From assembly GCA_965224245.1 (NCBI GenBank), contig OZ245046.1, positions 5,760,001 to 5,824,000 of the forward strand: a DNA stretch of 64,000 bases, given 5' to 3'. The position numbers and the translations under genes were made by a program. Under the pieces are notes generated by a model. The model saw only the letters and a list, made by a program, of their open reading frames with translations. It did not search any database and was not told where the DNA came from. Numbering within the stretch: position 1 is the first letter of the stretch; every line of letters starts with the position of its first letter. The DNA comes from Candidatus Eiseniibacteriota bacterium (GTDB taxonomy: Bacteria; Eisenbacteria; RBG-16-71-46; CAZAMP01). Shown piece after piece: positions 9,142-18,992 of the stretch.

Positions 9142-9510
9142 ATGGCCGAGATCGAGGGCACGGTACACGTCATCAGTGACGATACGTCGCAGATCGCGGC
9201 CCTCGCCGAGATCGGTCGCGTCCTGCACCTGACGGTGCGCGCGTTTCCGACGAGTGAGGCTTACAGGCTTGCGTGTACCGACCGACCGCTGTGCGTGATC
9301 TTCGCGAACGGTGATCTCGGCCAGACGCTCCCCGATGCGGCGAGGGGCGTACCGATCATCGCGCTGACCGACGCGGCCGACGTGTCGAACGCCGTCAACG
9401 CGATGCGTGCCGGCGCCACCAACGTGCTGGAGAGACCGGTCTCCCGGGGGACCTTTCTGGCGACGCTCCGCGCCATCATCGGCGACGCGAGACGCGACGC
9501 GCCTTTGTGA
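9142..9510 (+). CDS. Stand-alone degenerate receiver domain (FixT-like)
   Basis: Aligns to the FixJ receiver (VHVISDD, PIIALT, AVNAMRAGATNVLERP) but lacks the phosphoacceptor Asp and the conserved Lys. Confidence 0.7.
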   Translation: MAEIEGTVHVISDDTSQIAALAEIGRVLHLTVRAFPTSEAYRLACTDRPLCVIFANGDLGQTLPDAARGVPIIALTDAADVSNAVNAMRAGATNVLERPVSRGTFLATLRAIIGDARRDAPL

Positions 9511-9525
9511 CCGAGGAGGTCCGTC

Positions 9526-9930
9526 ATGTTGGTCAAGGAATGGATGACGCCCGACCCGATGACGACGTCCGCGGAGACGCGTCTGATCGATGCCTATCGC
9601 CGGATGATCGAGTACGAGATCCGGCATCTTCCCGTCGTCCAGGATGGTCAGCTGATCGGGATCCTCTCCACGGTCGACGTGGGGCGCCGCCTGGCCGCCG
9701 TCGGCGTGACGGACTGGTCGGATACGACGGTGCGCGACGTGATGACGCCTGATCCCCTGACGACGGCTCCGGATGCGGAACTCGCACGCGTGGCGACAGT
9801 ACTTCACAACGCGAGGGTGAGTGCGCTCCCGGTGATGGAGAAGGGCGCGCTCATCGGAATCATCACCACCGACGATCTGCTTGGCGCCCTCGTCGCCGAC
9901 GAGACGGCCCTGGCCGAGAAATCGAAGTAA
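9526..9930 (+). CDS. CBS domain pair protein
   Basis: GAGGAGG RBS; two CBS repeats (IRHLPVV..LIGILS and VSALPVM..LIGIIT). Confidence 0.9.
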   Translation: MLVKEWMTPDPMTTSAETRLIDAYRRMIEYEIRHLPVVQDGQLIGILSTVDVGRRLAAVGVTDWSDTTVRDVMTPDPLTTAPDAELARVATVLHNARVSALPVMEKGALIGIITTDDLLGALVADETALAEKSK

Positions 9931-9999
9931 TGCGCCCCGCCGAGCTCGCGCACCACCACCGAGGGGTGCGTTCGCCCTCGGGGGCGACAGGAGCGAGTC

Positions 10000-11916
10000 A
10001 TGCAAGCCGATTGGCAGCCGATCTACCTCGATCGGATGACGTCCGCCGCGGAAGCCGTCGGCGTCGTACGTTCCGGAAACCGCATTCTGGTCGGTTCCGG
10101 GTGTGCGGCGCCGTCTCATCTGCTGGACGCGCTGGTGGCCAGAGCCGCCGAGCTGAGTCACGTCGAGATCGTTCATCTCTTGACGTTCGGTGTCGCCCCG
10201 TACGTTCAGGAGCGCTACCAGTCCGCCTTCCGTCACAACGCGTTCTTCATCGGGGCCAACGTTCGTGGCGCCGTGCAGGAGGGACGCGCGGACTACACGC
10301 CCATCTTCCTGAGTGAGATCCCCCAGCTCTTCGCATCGGGTCAGATGCCGCTCGACGTGGCGCTGATCATGGTGTCGCCTCCGAATCGCTTCGGGTACTG
10401 CAGCGTGGGCATCCATCCCGACATCGTCATGAGCGGTGTGGATCACGCCCGGGTCGTGGTCGCGCAGGTCAACCGCTACATGCCGCGAGTGGCCGGTGAC
10501 ACGTACATCCACATCTCGGACATCGACCACTTCGTCGAGCACGAGGCTCCGCTGGAAGAGCTCGAGCCGCCAGAGCCGAACGACATGTCGATGGCGATCG
10601 CCCGCAACGTGGCCTCGCTGGTCACCGACGGATCCACGCTTCAGCTGGGCATCGGCCGCATTCCGGACGCCGTCCTGTCTCGACTGGCCGAGCACAACGA
10701 TCTCGGTCTCCACAGCGAGATGTTCTCGGACGGGATCATCGACCTGTGCGAGGCCGGCGTCATCACGAACGCGAAGAAGGGCTTCTGCGACGGCAAGGCC
10801 ATCGCCAGCTTCGCGATGGGCACCGCGCGGCTCTACAACTTCCTCGACGAGAATCCGTTCTTCGAGTTCCACCGCACCGAGTTCGTCAACGATCCTCGCA
10901 ACATCGCCCGCAACAACAAGATGATCAGCATCAACGGAGCCCTCGAGGTGGACCTGACCGGGCAGGTGTGTGCCGATTCGCGAGCGGGGCGGTTCTACTC
11001 GGGAATCGGGGGGCAGGTCGACTTCATTCGCGGCGCGGCCATGAGTCACGGTGGGAAGCCGATCATCGCGATGCCGTCCACGGCCAAGGGAGGCGAGGTC
11101 TCGCGGATCGTGCCCATCCTGAGCCCCGGCGCCGGCGTCGTGACCAGTCGCGGCGACGTGCACTACGTCGTGACCGAGTACGGAGCGGCCTACCTCCACG
11201 GCAAGACGATCCGCCATCGTGCCGCGGCGCTGATCGACATCGCACACCCCGATCACCGCGCCGAGCTTCGCGCACAGGCCGCCGATCGCAAGTACTTCCC
11301 GCTGCCGCCGGACTGGCGCGAGCAGGCAGTGCCCGAACACCGGGACGACCCGTTGCTCAAGATCAGCGGCGTGATCTACGCGGTGCGTCCTCTGGTGCCC
11401 GAGGACGCGGACAAGCTCAGGGGCTTCTTCGATCGGCACGACCGCGACACGGTGCAGCAGCGGTTCCGCTGCGCCAAGAAGTCCCTGACGCACGACGAGG
11501 CTCTCCACCTCTGCTCGGTCGATCAACGCTGGCACGTCGCGCTGGGCGTGTTCGACGACGATCAGCGGATCTGCGCGATCGGTCGCTACGTCGGCGACCG
11601 GAAGACCGGGCTGGTCGAGATCGCGCTGGTGGTGGCCGAGGACCTCCGGATCAAGGGACTGGGCACGATGCTGTGGCGCGCGCTGGTCCGCCGGGCACGC
11701 GAGATCGGATACAAGGGCGCCACCGGCGCGTTTGCGCTGGGCAACGCGGGGGCGATGACGCTCCACCGGCGCCTGGGACACGTCCTCCACGTCGAGGACG
11801 GTGAGTGTCGCTACACGGTCATGTTCGAGGATCTCGACGCGATCGAGCGCGATGCCGTCCCGAAGGAGAACGACGGGACTCGGTCGTCCGACGAGGAGCT
11901 CGTGCCGAGCCCCTAG
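10000..11916 (+). CDS. Acetyl-CoA hydrolase/CoA-transferase fused to a C-terminal GNAT acetyltransferase
   Basis: TLQLGIGRIP, HSEMF (catalytic Glu), SGIGGQVDF, VTEYG; C-terminal GNAT with EIALVV and RIKGLG. Confidence 0.88.
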   Translation: MQADWQPIYLDRMTSAAEAVGVVRSGNRILVGSGCAAPSHLLDALVARAAELSHVEIVHLLTFGVAPYVQERYQSAFRHNAFFIGANVRGAVQEGRADYTPIFLSEIPQLFASGQMPLDVALIMVSPPNRFGYCSVGIHPDIVMSGVDHARVVVAQVNRYMPRVAGDTYIHISDIDHFVEHEAPLEELEPPEPNDMSMAIARNVASLVTDGSTLQLGIGRIPDAVLSRLAEHNDLGLHSEMFSDGIIDLCEAGVITNAKKGFCDGKAIASFAMGTARLYNFLDENPFFEFHRTEFVNDPRNIARNNKMISINGALEVDLTGQVCADSRAGRFYSGIGGQVDFIRGAAMSHGGKPIIAMPSTAKGGEVSRIVPILSPGAGVVTSRGDVHYVVTEYGAAYLHGKTIRHRAAALIDIAHPDHRAELRAQAADRKYFPLPPDWREQAVPEHRDDPLLKISGVIYAVRPLVPEDADKLRGFFDRHDRDTVQQRFRCAKKSLTHDEALHLCSVDQRWHVALGVFDDDQRICAIGRYVGDRKTGLVEIALVVAEDLRIKGLGTMLWRALVRRAREIGYKGATGAFALGNAGAMTLHRRLGHVLHVEDGECRYTVMFEDLDAIERDAVPKENDGTRSSDEELVPSP

Positions 11917-12031
11917 AGTCGAGTCCGACGATCGGTGCCGCCGGGGCTGACGTAGGCCGGCAGCCCCGGCGCCCGGCCGTCGGGCAGAGGCGGCGGTCGC
12001 CCCAGAGGTGACCGCCCACCGGGAGGAGACC

Positions 12032-12949
12032 ATGACGGCGATCAGAGACTTCGCGGCCCCCAGGCGAATCGTCGTGACGACGGACTTCTCCGATGCCGCC
12101 GGCGCCGTGTGGCCCCAGGCATTCTGGATGGCCGAGCGGTTCGGCGCGGCGATCGACGTGCTGCACGTGGTCGCACAGGACTGGACGCACCTCTCGGCCG
12201 AGGCGGCGACCATGTCCGGGCCCTCGTACTCGGAGTGGCTCCTGGAAGGCGCCACGGCCCAGATGGAGGACTGGATCCCCACCGACATCCCCGAGGGTGT
12301 CACCGTCACCTCCGCGGTCCGCGAGCACGCGTCGACCGTCGGGGGGGTCGTGGCATACCTGGACGAGAAGCCGGCGGACGTCGTGATGATGGCCACTCAC
12401 GGACGGGGGTTCCTGGGGCGACTCTTCCTGGGAAGCGTCGCACGCCGGCTCATCAGCGACGGCGCGGTGCCGATGTGGTGCGTCCACGTCGGAAAGGGTC
12501 GACCCCGGGCCACCTTCGAGACGCCCGAACGCGTGCTCGTGGCGACCGACTTCTCGCATGCCTCGCGGGAGGCGTTCCTCGCGGCGGTCTCGTTCGCCCG
12601 GGAGATCGGGGCCCAGGTCACGCTGGCCCACGTGATCCACGTGGAGCTGCCGCCGGTCCTGGACCAGAATGGGGTCAGCGTCTTCATGGCCGACCACGAG
12701 CTCGAGCCGCGCCTCCTGGAACGACTCGACGCGTTCGTGACGGCGTCCGGGGTGTCGCATCCCGATCAGATCGAGCTGGCCGTGCTCGAGGGCAAGCCGG
12801 CGCAGTCGCTGGCCGCGTACGCGAACGACGAGGCCGACATCGGTCTCATCGCGCTCGCGCGGCGGGGAGCCCACCGGCATCCATTCGGCATGGGCTCCAC
12901 GACCGATCGGCTGCTGCACGACACGAAGGTTCCGGTCCTCTTGTTCTGA
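12032..12949 (+). CDS. Universal stress protein with tandem USP domains
   Basis: IVVTTDFS...MATHGRG..LGSVA and VLVATDFS...GSTTDRLL; GGAGGAG RBS. Confidence 0.9.
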   Translation: MTAIRDFAAPRRIVVTTDFSDAAGAVWPQAFWMAERFGAAIDVLHVVAQDWTHLSAEAATMSGPSYSEWLLEGATAQMEDWIPTDIPEGVTVTSAVREHASTVGGVVAYLDEKPADVVMMATHGRGFLGRLFLGSVARRLISDGAVPMWCVHVGKGRPRATFETPERVLVATDFSHASREAFLAAVSFAREIGAQVTLAHVIHVELPPVLDQNGVSVFMADHELEPRLLERLDAFVTASGVSHPDQIELAVLEGKPAQSLAAYANDEADIGLIALARRGAHRHPFGMGSTTDRLLHDTKVPVLLF

Positions 12950-13158
12950 GTCGCGGCACCGCTCTCGCCGGCGACCGGCTCGATCGCGTCAGCGAACGGT
13001 CGCGTCGCCGGTCCTCGTGATCTACGATCTCATCCTCTCGTCACCCGCGTCACGCGACCGGTCCGCGATCGGGGCGCCCCGTGCCGACCGGATGCGTCGT
13101 CGCGTGCCGACGTGACGTTCGCCGACATGCACCGCGACACATTCCCGGGAGACGACCC

Positions 13159-16100
13159 ATGATGCCCACCCGTCGCGAGGCTCTCGATCGGGCCTTTGCC
13201 GAAGGTCAGTTCGATCGCGCCCGGCGCATTCTCCAGGAGATGTCCGAGGAAGACCGCGAGCTTCTCGCGCTCGAGCTCGGGTCCGACGAGGTTCGCGCGC
13301 TCCGTCGCTCGGCCCGGCGACGGCGCGGACCGAAGCACGGCCGAGTGATCGTCCTGAACGGCATCATGGGTGCGAACCTCGACTCCGAGGACACCTCCGG
13401 GGATCGGGACCGCGTCTGGCTGAACGTCTGGCGCATCGCTCGCGGCCGCTTCCGGGACTTCGAGCTGCGACTGGACGGACGGCCGAAGCCGCGGGGAGTC
13501 GAGGTGCGCGTGGCCGGGCTGCACAAGACCTACTACAAGCTCCTCCTGGAGCTGGATGCGTCGTGGCACGTGAAGCCCTTCCCGTTCGACTGGCGCCTCG
13601 ACATCTCCGACACGGCCGATCTCCTGGCCCGGACGATTCGCTCCTGGGCCGGCGGGGAGCCCGTCCACCTGGTCGCCCACTCGATGGGTGGTCTGGTGTG
13701 CCGGCGCTTCATCCATCGGCATGGAGATCTCTGGCGACAGATGGATGATCCGACGGGCGCCGGACGGGGCGGACGCCTGATCATGATGGGCACGCCCAAT
13801 CGCGGCTCGTTCGCGATTCCGCTGATGCTGACGGGCGTCGAGAAGAAGGTGACCTATCTGGCCGCGATCGACACGAAGCACTCGAAGTCTCAGATCCTCC
13901 GGATCATCTCCACGTTCCCAGGTGGCTATCAGATGCTCCCCTCGCCCGACGTCGATCTCGACGACGACCACGTGCGGCTGTTCCGGCGAGAGGCCTGGGG
14001 CGAGTACCCGGTCAACCCGTCGCTCCTGGCGCGGGCGGAGGTGTTCCAGCGAGACATGAGCCGCGTGCTGACCCCCGGGCGCCTCGTGTACGTGGCCGGC
14101 TACGATCAGGAGACGGTGCACCGCGTCCGGATCCCGGCGAACGGCCGCTTCGAGTACGAGATGACCCACGCGGGCGATGGTCGCGTGCCCCACTCGCTGG
14201 GGCTGCTCGACGGCGTCGATACCTACTGGGTGCGCGAATCCCACGGTGCGCTTCCGAAGAACGATCACGTGCTCGACGCCGCCGGGGATCTCCTCCTGCA
14301 CGGCGCGACCAGCCGGCTGCCGCGCGAGGCCCCGAGCGTGCGGGCGGTGCGGGGAGTCGAGCGATGGCATCCCGCCGAGGAGCTGGCCGCGGCGGCGACG
14401 GACGAGGCCGCGCTGAAGGCGCTCGGCCGCGAGGCCCGCGCGGCCGCCGAGAGGCGCCGATCGCGGCATCTGGAGGTTCGCGCCCTCCGGGCCGAAGCGC
14501 TCCTGATGGACGACGACGTCTCGATCGAGTCCGATCCACTCGAGACAGGTGCCGACCCGGTGACGGCCGGACCGCCGCCGTCGCTGGCGGTCGACGTCGT
14601 GTGGGGTGACGTCACGCGGGCCACTGGAGACGTGTACTGCGTCGGGCACTACGAGGGCGTCCTGCCCCAGAACGCGGAGTGGGCGCTGGATCGGGTCGTG
14701 TCCGAGCGCGGCGCCGACGAGGACGAGCTCGTCCTCCGATCCCTGACCCGCCGGGGCGTCCTCCGGGGCGAGCTGGGCTCGGTGAGCTTCTTCCCGTGGG
14801 CGCGGCGGGGCAAGTCGGCTCGCCCGCGCGTGGTTGCGGTGGCGGGCATGGGCCAGCCCGGCACGTTCGAGCGGCCCCAGCTGCGTCAGCTCGGGCGGAG
14901 CCTCGCCTGGGCGGTCGGCTCGCTGCCGAACGCCGAGACGGTGTGTACGGTGCTGATCGGTGCCGGCGCCGGCAACCTCGATCCGCGAGCGTCGGTCCAC
15001 GGCCTCCTGTCCGGCCTCGCCGACGCCCTCGGCGCCGGCCTCGAGACTCGGACGAAGGTGAAGAAGCTCCGGATCATCGAGAGGCGTCTGGACCGCGCGC
15101 ACGAGGCCCACGACGCCGTCGCCCAGGTGGCCGAGGAGATCGCGTCCGTGCTCCGCGTGCGGCGGTCCCCGCGCGTCAAGAAGGGACCCGGCGGCGTCGT
15201 GGCCACCGAGCACGGGTGGAGCCTCGCGCTGGCCGCGCTTCTCGGCAGCGCGGACAACCCGCGGAGCGCGTCCCGGCGCCGCGCGGCCAGCCAGGTGCTG
15301 GGCGCGATCTCGACGCGGGGCGACTTCGGAGCTGCCGAGCGGGACGGGGCTCGCCGCGCGATCACCTCGCGCGGAGGCGACAACGACCTCGTCGAGCTCG
15401 CCCGCGAGCACGGCGCGTCCGAGGTGGCGCGGCGGCTGGAGGTGTCGCTTCGCCACGACGAGGACGGTCGTCGGGGGGCGGTGAGTCGGGTCTCGTTCAT
15501 TCGCGATCGCCGGACGATCCGCGTGGCCGCGATCACCGACACCGCGGTCGTGCCCGAGCGCGAGGTGCGCCTGGACGAGGGGCTCGTGTCCGATCTCGTG
15601 GCCAAGATGACCGATCCCGATCCCGCGGACCTCCCGCGTCTGTCCCGGCTCATGCGCGAGCTGCTGGTTCCGAAGGACCTCCTGCCGGCGTTCACGTCCG
15701 ACGCGACGCTGATCGTGGAGACCGATCGGGCAATGGCCGCGGTGGGCTGGGAGCTACTCGAACGGGGCACCGGTACCGGCGGCGCAGGGCCGGCCCACGG
15801 GCCACGCGGCGCGGCGGCCGGCACCGGCAGCAGCGGCTACGTGGGGACCCGCGGCGTCGTGGCGCGACAGCTCCGTACCGGCTACAGCCCCCCGATCAGT
15901 CCCTCGCTGCGGTTCGGCATCCACCGGCGGGCGCTCGTGATCGGGGATCCGGGAGATCCGGATGCCGGCGACGACCTCCCCGGTGCGCGCCTCGAGGCCG
16001 AACGGGTGGCCGAGCTTCTGACGCGCCGGGGCTTCCGGGTCGACCTCCGGCTCGGCGCGCCCACGGCGGCCGGAGGGGGGGCCGTCTCCGGGGTGAAGCC

Positions 16101-16635
16101 CGCGACGCGGCTCGAGGTGCTGGAGCGGCTGCTCGAGCACGACTACGACGTCCTCCATTACGCGGGGCACGGCGACTTCGACCCCGAGCACCCCGACGAG
16201 TCGGCCGGCTGGCTCTTCGCCGACGGGTTCCTGACCGCCGGCGCACTGGCGCGGGTGTCGACGGTGCCGCAGCTCGTGGTCGCGAACGCGTGCCTGTCGG
16301 GTCGGCTCTCCCGGGCGCGGCGAGGCGAGGAGTCGGCCGTGGACGGGCCGTCGCTCCTGCCGGGGCTGGCCGACGAGTTCCTCCGCCGGGGCGTTCGCAA
16401 CTACGTCGGCACGGCCTGGGAGGTGCTCGACGACGGGGCGATCGAGTTCGCCGAGGTGCTCTACGACCGGCTCCTGCCCGGTGGGGACGAGCCGCACGTC
16501 GCGCTGGGGGAGGCGGTACGGGCGGCGCGGTCACGTCTGCAGGCGAAGGAGGACGCGTACGGCGCGCTCTGGCTCGCGTACCGGCACTACGGGGATCCGT
16601 GGCTGAAGATGACGACGACGGGGACGGGGCGGTGA
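13159..16635 (+). CDS. Multidomain protein: alpha/beta-hydrolase (lipase/LCAT-like), macro-like domain, CHAT caspase-like protease
   Basis: GIMG, AHSMGG, GTPNRGS and GDGRVP (hydrolase); VVWGDVT and LIGAGAGNL (macro/M17-N fold); LHYAGHG and VANAC (CHAT dyad). Confidence 0.82.
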   Translation: MMPTRREALDRAFAEGQFDRARRILQEMSEEDRELLALELGSDEVRALRRSARRRRGPKHGRVIVLNGIMGANLDSEDTSGDRDRVWLNVWRIARGRFRDFELRLDGRPKPRGVEVRVAGLHKTYYKLLLELDASWHVKPFPFDWRLDISDTADLLARTIRSWAGGEPVHLVAHSMGGLVCRRFIHRHGDLWRQMDDPTGAGRGGRLIMMGTPNRGSFAIPLMLTGVEKKVTYLAAIDTKHSKSQILRIISTFPGGYQMLPSPDVDLDDDHVRLFRREAWGEYPVNPSLLARAEVFQRDMSRVLTPGRLVYVAGYDQETVHRVRIPANGRFEYEMTHAGDGRVPHSLGLLDGVDTYWVRESHGALPKNDHVLDAAGDLLLHGATSRLPREAPSVRAVRGVERWHPAEELAAAATDEAALKALGREARAAAERRRSRHLEVRALRAEALLMDDDVSIESDPLETGADPVTAGPPPSLAVDVVWGDVTRATGDVYCVGHYEGVLPQNAEWALDRVVSERGADEDELVLRSLTRRGVLRGELGSVSFFPWARRGKSARPRVVAVAGMGQPGTFERPQLRQLGRSLAWAVGSLPNAETVCTVLIGAGAGNLDPRASVHGLLSGLADALGAGLETRTKVKKLRIIERRLDRAHEAHDAVAQVAEEIASVLRVRRSPRVKKGPGGVVATEHGWSLALAALLGSADNPRSASRRRAASQVLGAISTRGDFGAAERDGARRAITSRGGDNDLVELAREHGASEVARRLEVSLRHDEDGRRGAVSRVSFIRDRRTIRVAAITDTAVVPEREVRLDEGLVSDLVAKMTDPDPADLPRLSRLMRELLVPKDLLPAFTSDATLIVETDRAMAAVGWELLERGTGTGGAGPAHGPRGAAAGTGSSGYVGTRGVVARQLRTGYSPPISPSLRFGIHRRALVIGDPGDPDAGDDLPGARLEAERVAELLTRRGFRVDLRLGAPTAAGGGAVSGVKPATRLEVLERLLEHDYDVLHYAGHGDFDPEHPDESAGWLFADGFLTAGALARVSTVPQLVVANACLSGRLSRARRGEESAVDGPSLLPGLADEFLRRGVRNYVGTAWEVLDDGAIEFAEVLYDRLLPGGDEPHVALGEAVRAARSRLQAKEDAYGALWLAYRHYGDPWLKMTTTGTGR

Positions 16636-16642
16636 GGATCCG

Positions 16643-18031
16643 TCACGGCCCCCGGAAGGTCAGCTCCACCGATTTCGACTTACCTCCGACGTGCGTCACG
16701 TCCAGCCTGAGCGGCACGTTGGCCACGTGATCGGCCCGGGGCCGCTCGGCCACGATCGGCACCACGGCGGTGGCCATGGGCGCGATCTCGACCTCGGGCT
16801 GGGCGATCACGACGTCGATCGCCGAGCTGTCGTCGGTGGTCGCGTTGGTGACCGCGAACGACGCCTCCCGGTCGGTCTTGTTCTGGATGCTGATGTTGTA
16901 CACGTTCCGGATGACCGTCTTGTCCTCGACGAGCGAGTAGGGGAGCCCGCGGCTCCGGAGAGGGTTCACCGTGAAGTCGGCCCGGTTCGAGATCGCCAGC
17001 GACGCGACGACGAGCCCCGCCACGCCGAACGCGGCGTACACGAACACCCTCGGGCGGAAGATCGAGCGTCGCCGGCCGGTCTCGAAGCCCACGCGTGAGT
17101 CGTAGCGGATGAGGCCCTTGGGGCGGCCGACCTTCTCCATGATCGCGTCGCAGGCGTCGATGCAGTTCGCGCAGCCGATGCACTCGAGCTGGAGGCCGTT
17201 CCGGATGTCGATGCCGGTGGGACAGACGGCCACGCACCGGAAGCAGTCGATGCAGTCGCCGCCCTGGCCCATCTTCTTGGTGCGAGGCTCGCCGCGCTTC
17301 TCGTCGTAGCCGATGACGACCGTATCCGCGTCGACGAGCGCGCTCTGCAGCCGCCCGTAGGGGCAGAGGATCAGGCACGTCTGCTCGCGGAACCACGAGT
17401 AGTCGGCGTACAGGATCCCGGTCCACACGGTGACCCACACGAATGCCGTCATGTGCTCCGCCGGTCCCTTCGTGAGCGCCCCGAGCAGCTCCTGCACCGG
17501 GATGAAGTACGCCACGAACGCGTGGGCCAGGATCGAGGAGAGGAGGAGGAAGATCGTGTGGGTGACGATCTTCGGGAACGTGACCTTGCCCGCCACGCGC
17601 GCGCGCTTCTCGCGCGAGCCCTCGATCGCCCGCTGTACGCGGCGGAACACGCCCTCCAGGAAGACGGTCTGCGGGCACGCGTAGCCGCACCACACGCGCC
17701 CCCAGAGCGCGGTGGCGACGAACAGCACGAACCAGATCGCCGTGAACAGGAAGAACGACAGGTAGAAGTCCTGATTCGTGAACGTGAGGCCGAAGATGTA
17801 GGCGGCACGTCCGGGCAGGTCGATGTGAACGGCGGGGTGCCCGCCGATCTGCACGAACGGCAGCGCCAGATACACCGCGATCAGCACGAACCACACGACG
17901 TGCTTGCGCCTCTGCCACCGGCCGGCGACGTCGGCCACGTTGATCATGTTGCGTGACCCGTCCGGGTTCACGGTGAACATCGTGTCCAGGTCGGGACGCC
18001 GTGTTCCGGGGCGGACCTTCGTGTCGGGCAT
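16643..18031 (-). CDS. ccoG: cbb3 oxidase accessory 4Fe-4S membrane protein CcoG/FixG
   Basis: GRVWCGYACPQTVF, CPYGRLQS, CIDCFRCVAVCPTGIDIRNG and ECIGCANCIDAC. Confidence 0.93.
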   Translation of the reverse strand: MPDTKVRPGTRRPDLDTMFTVNPDGSRNMINVADVAGRWQRRKHVVWFVLIAVYLALPFVQIGGHPAVHIDLPGRAAYIFGLTFTNQDFYLSFFLFTAIWFVLFVATALWGRVWCGYACPQTVFLEGVFRRVQRAIEGSREKRARVAGKVTFPKIVTHTIFLLLSSILAHAFVAYFIPVQELLGALTKGPAEHMTAFVWVTVWTGILYADYSWFREQTCLILCPYGRLQSALVDADTVVIGYDEKRGEPRTKKMGQGGDCIDCFRCVAVCPTGIDIRNGLQLECIGCANCIDACDAIMEKVGRPKGLIRYDSRVGFETGRRRSIFRPRVFVYAAFGVAGLVVASLAISNRADFTVNPLRSRGLPYSLVEDKTVIRNVYNISIQNKTDREASFAVTNATTDDSSAIDVVIAQPEVEIAPMATAVVPIVAERPRADHVANVPLRLDVTHVGGKSKSVELTFRGP

Positions 18032-18136
18032 CGGGTGTCGACTCCTTCGATCCATTTCGCACGACCGGCCGCGGCGCGACCGGCGGTCGCGAGAGGCGGC
18101 CGCGCGAATGGGGCGTTCGCCGGCCGCTCGATTCGG

Positions 18137-18745
18137 TCAGCGTCCGGGCAGGGCGGTGGCCTGGTCTCCTTCCGGCGGCACCGGCTCGCCCTCGGGGTCC
18201 TTGCCCGGGACGTTCGTGTTCTTCAGCGTCAGCACGTAGGCGACCACGTTGTTCACGCGTGTCGGTCCGAGCTGACCGATCCACGAGGCCATTCCCTTCT
18301 CGGGAACACCGTCGGTGACCGTGGCCAGGATGTCCGTCGGCTTCGAGCCGTGGATCCAGTAGCCGTCGGTCAGGTTCGGTCCCACGTTGCCCTCGCCTTG
18401 CGAGCCGTGGCACACCACGCAGAACTGCTGAAACACCTCGCGGCCCGCGTTCACGTTCTCGGGAACGGTGGACAGGAGCGTGAGCGACTCGTCGGTCACC
18501 TCCTGGTCTCCCATGCGCGCCAGCTGCGCGCGGGACGCCTCGGCCACCTCCATCGCGTGTCGCTCCATCTTGAAGTGTCCGATGCCGAGGATGTGGTAGA
18601 AGATCCAGTATCCGAAGGCGAACACGATGGACCAGTACAGCGTGTGAAGCCACCAGTTCGGCAGCCGGTTGTCGTACTCCTGGATGCCGTCGTAGCTGTG
18701 GTCGAGAACCTGATCCACGCGATCTCGCCCGAGGTCCTCACTCAC
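18137..18745 (-). CDS. ccoP: cbb3-type cytochrome c oxidase subunit III (mono-heme)
   Basis: HSYDGIQEYDNRLPNWW, one CVVCH, GPNLTD.YWIHG; AGGAGGT RBS before GTG. Confidence 0.9.
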   Translation of the reverse strand: MSEDLGRDRVDQVLDHSYDGIQEYDNRLPNWWLHTLYWSIVFAFGYWIFYHILGIGHFKMERHAMEVAEASRAQLARMGDQEVTDESLTLLSTVPENVNAGREVFQQFCVVCHGSQGEGNVGPNLTDGYWIHGSKPTDILATVTDGVPEKGMASWIGQLGPTRVNNVVAYVLTLKNTNVPGKDPEGEPVPPEGDQATALPGR

Positions 18746-18981
18746 GCCGCACCTCCTTCCCCGCACGCCCGACCCGACCCGCGCGCGACCGTCCGTCCGC
18801 CGAACGAGGGCTCCTCGTCGTCCTCGAGCGGTGACGCGGCCATCCGATCGATCTCCGGTCTGCGACCGCGAAGGCCGACGAGCACGTACACGAGCACGGC
18901 CACGAAGACGGCGAAGAAGATCCCCAGCGCCAGGAGCGGCCACTGGAGGAGATCGCTGTTCGCGAGAAACTGCTGGTACAT
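18742..18981 (-). CDS. ccoQ: cbb3 oxidase small subunit CcoQ
   Basis: Single TM followed by MAASPLEDD; located between ccoNO and ccoP; AGGAGG RBS. Confidence 0.75.
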   Translation of the reverse strand: MYQQFLANSDLLQWPLLALGIFFAVFVAVLVYVLVGLRGRRPEIDRMAASPLEDDEEPSFGGRTVARGSGRACGEGGAA

Positions 18982-18992
18982 GGCGACTCCTC

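Noticed and set aside
9109-12396. 1095-aa minus-strand ORF
   Set aside because: Antisense shadow of the receiver, CBS, CoA-transferase and USP genes; no motifs; expected in high-GC DNA.
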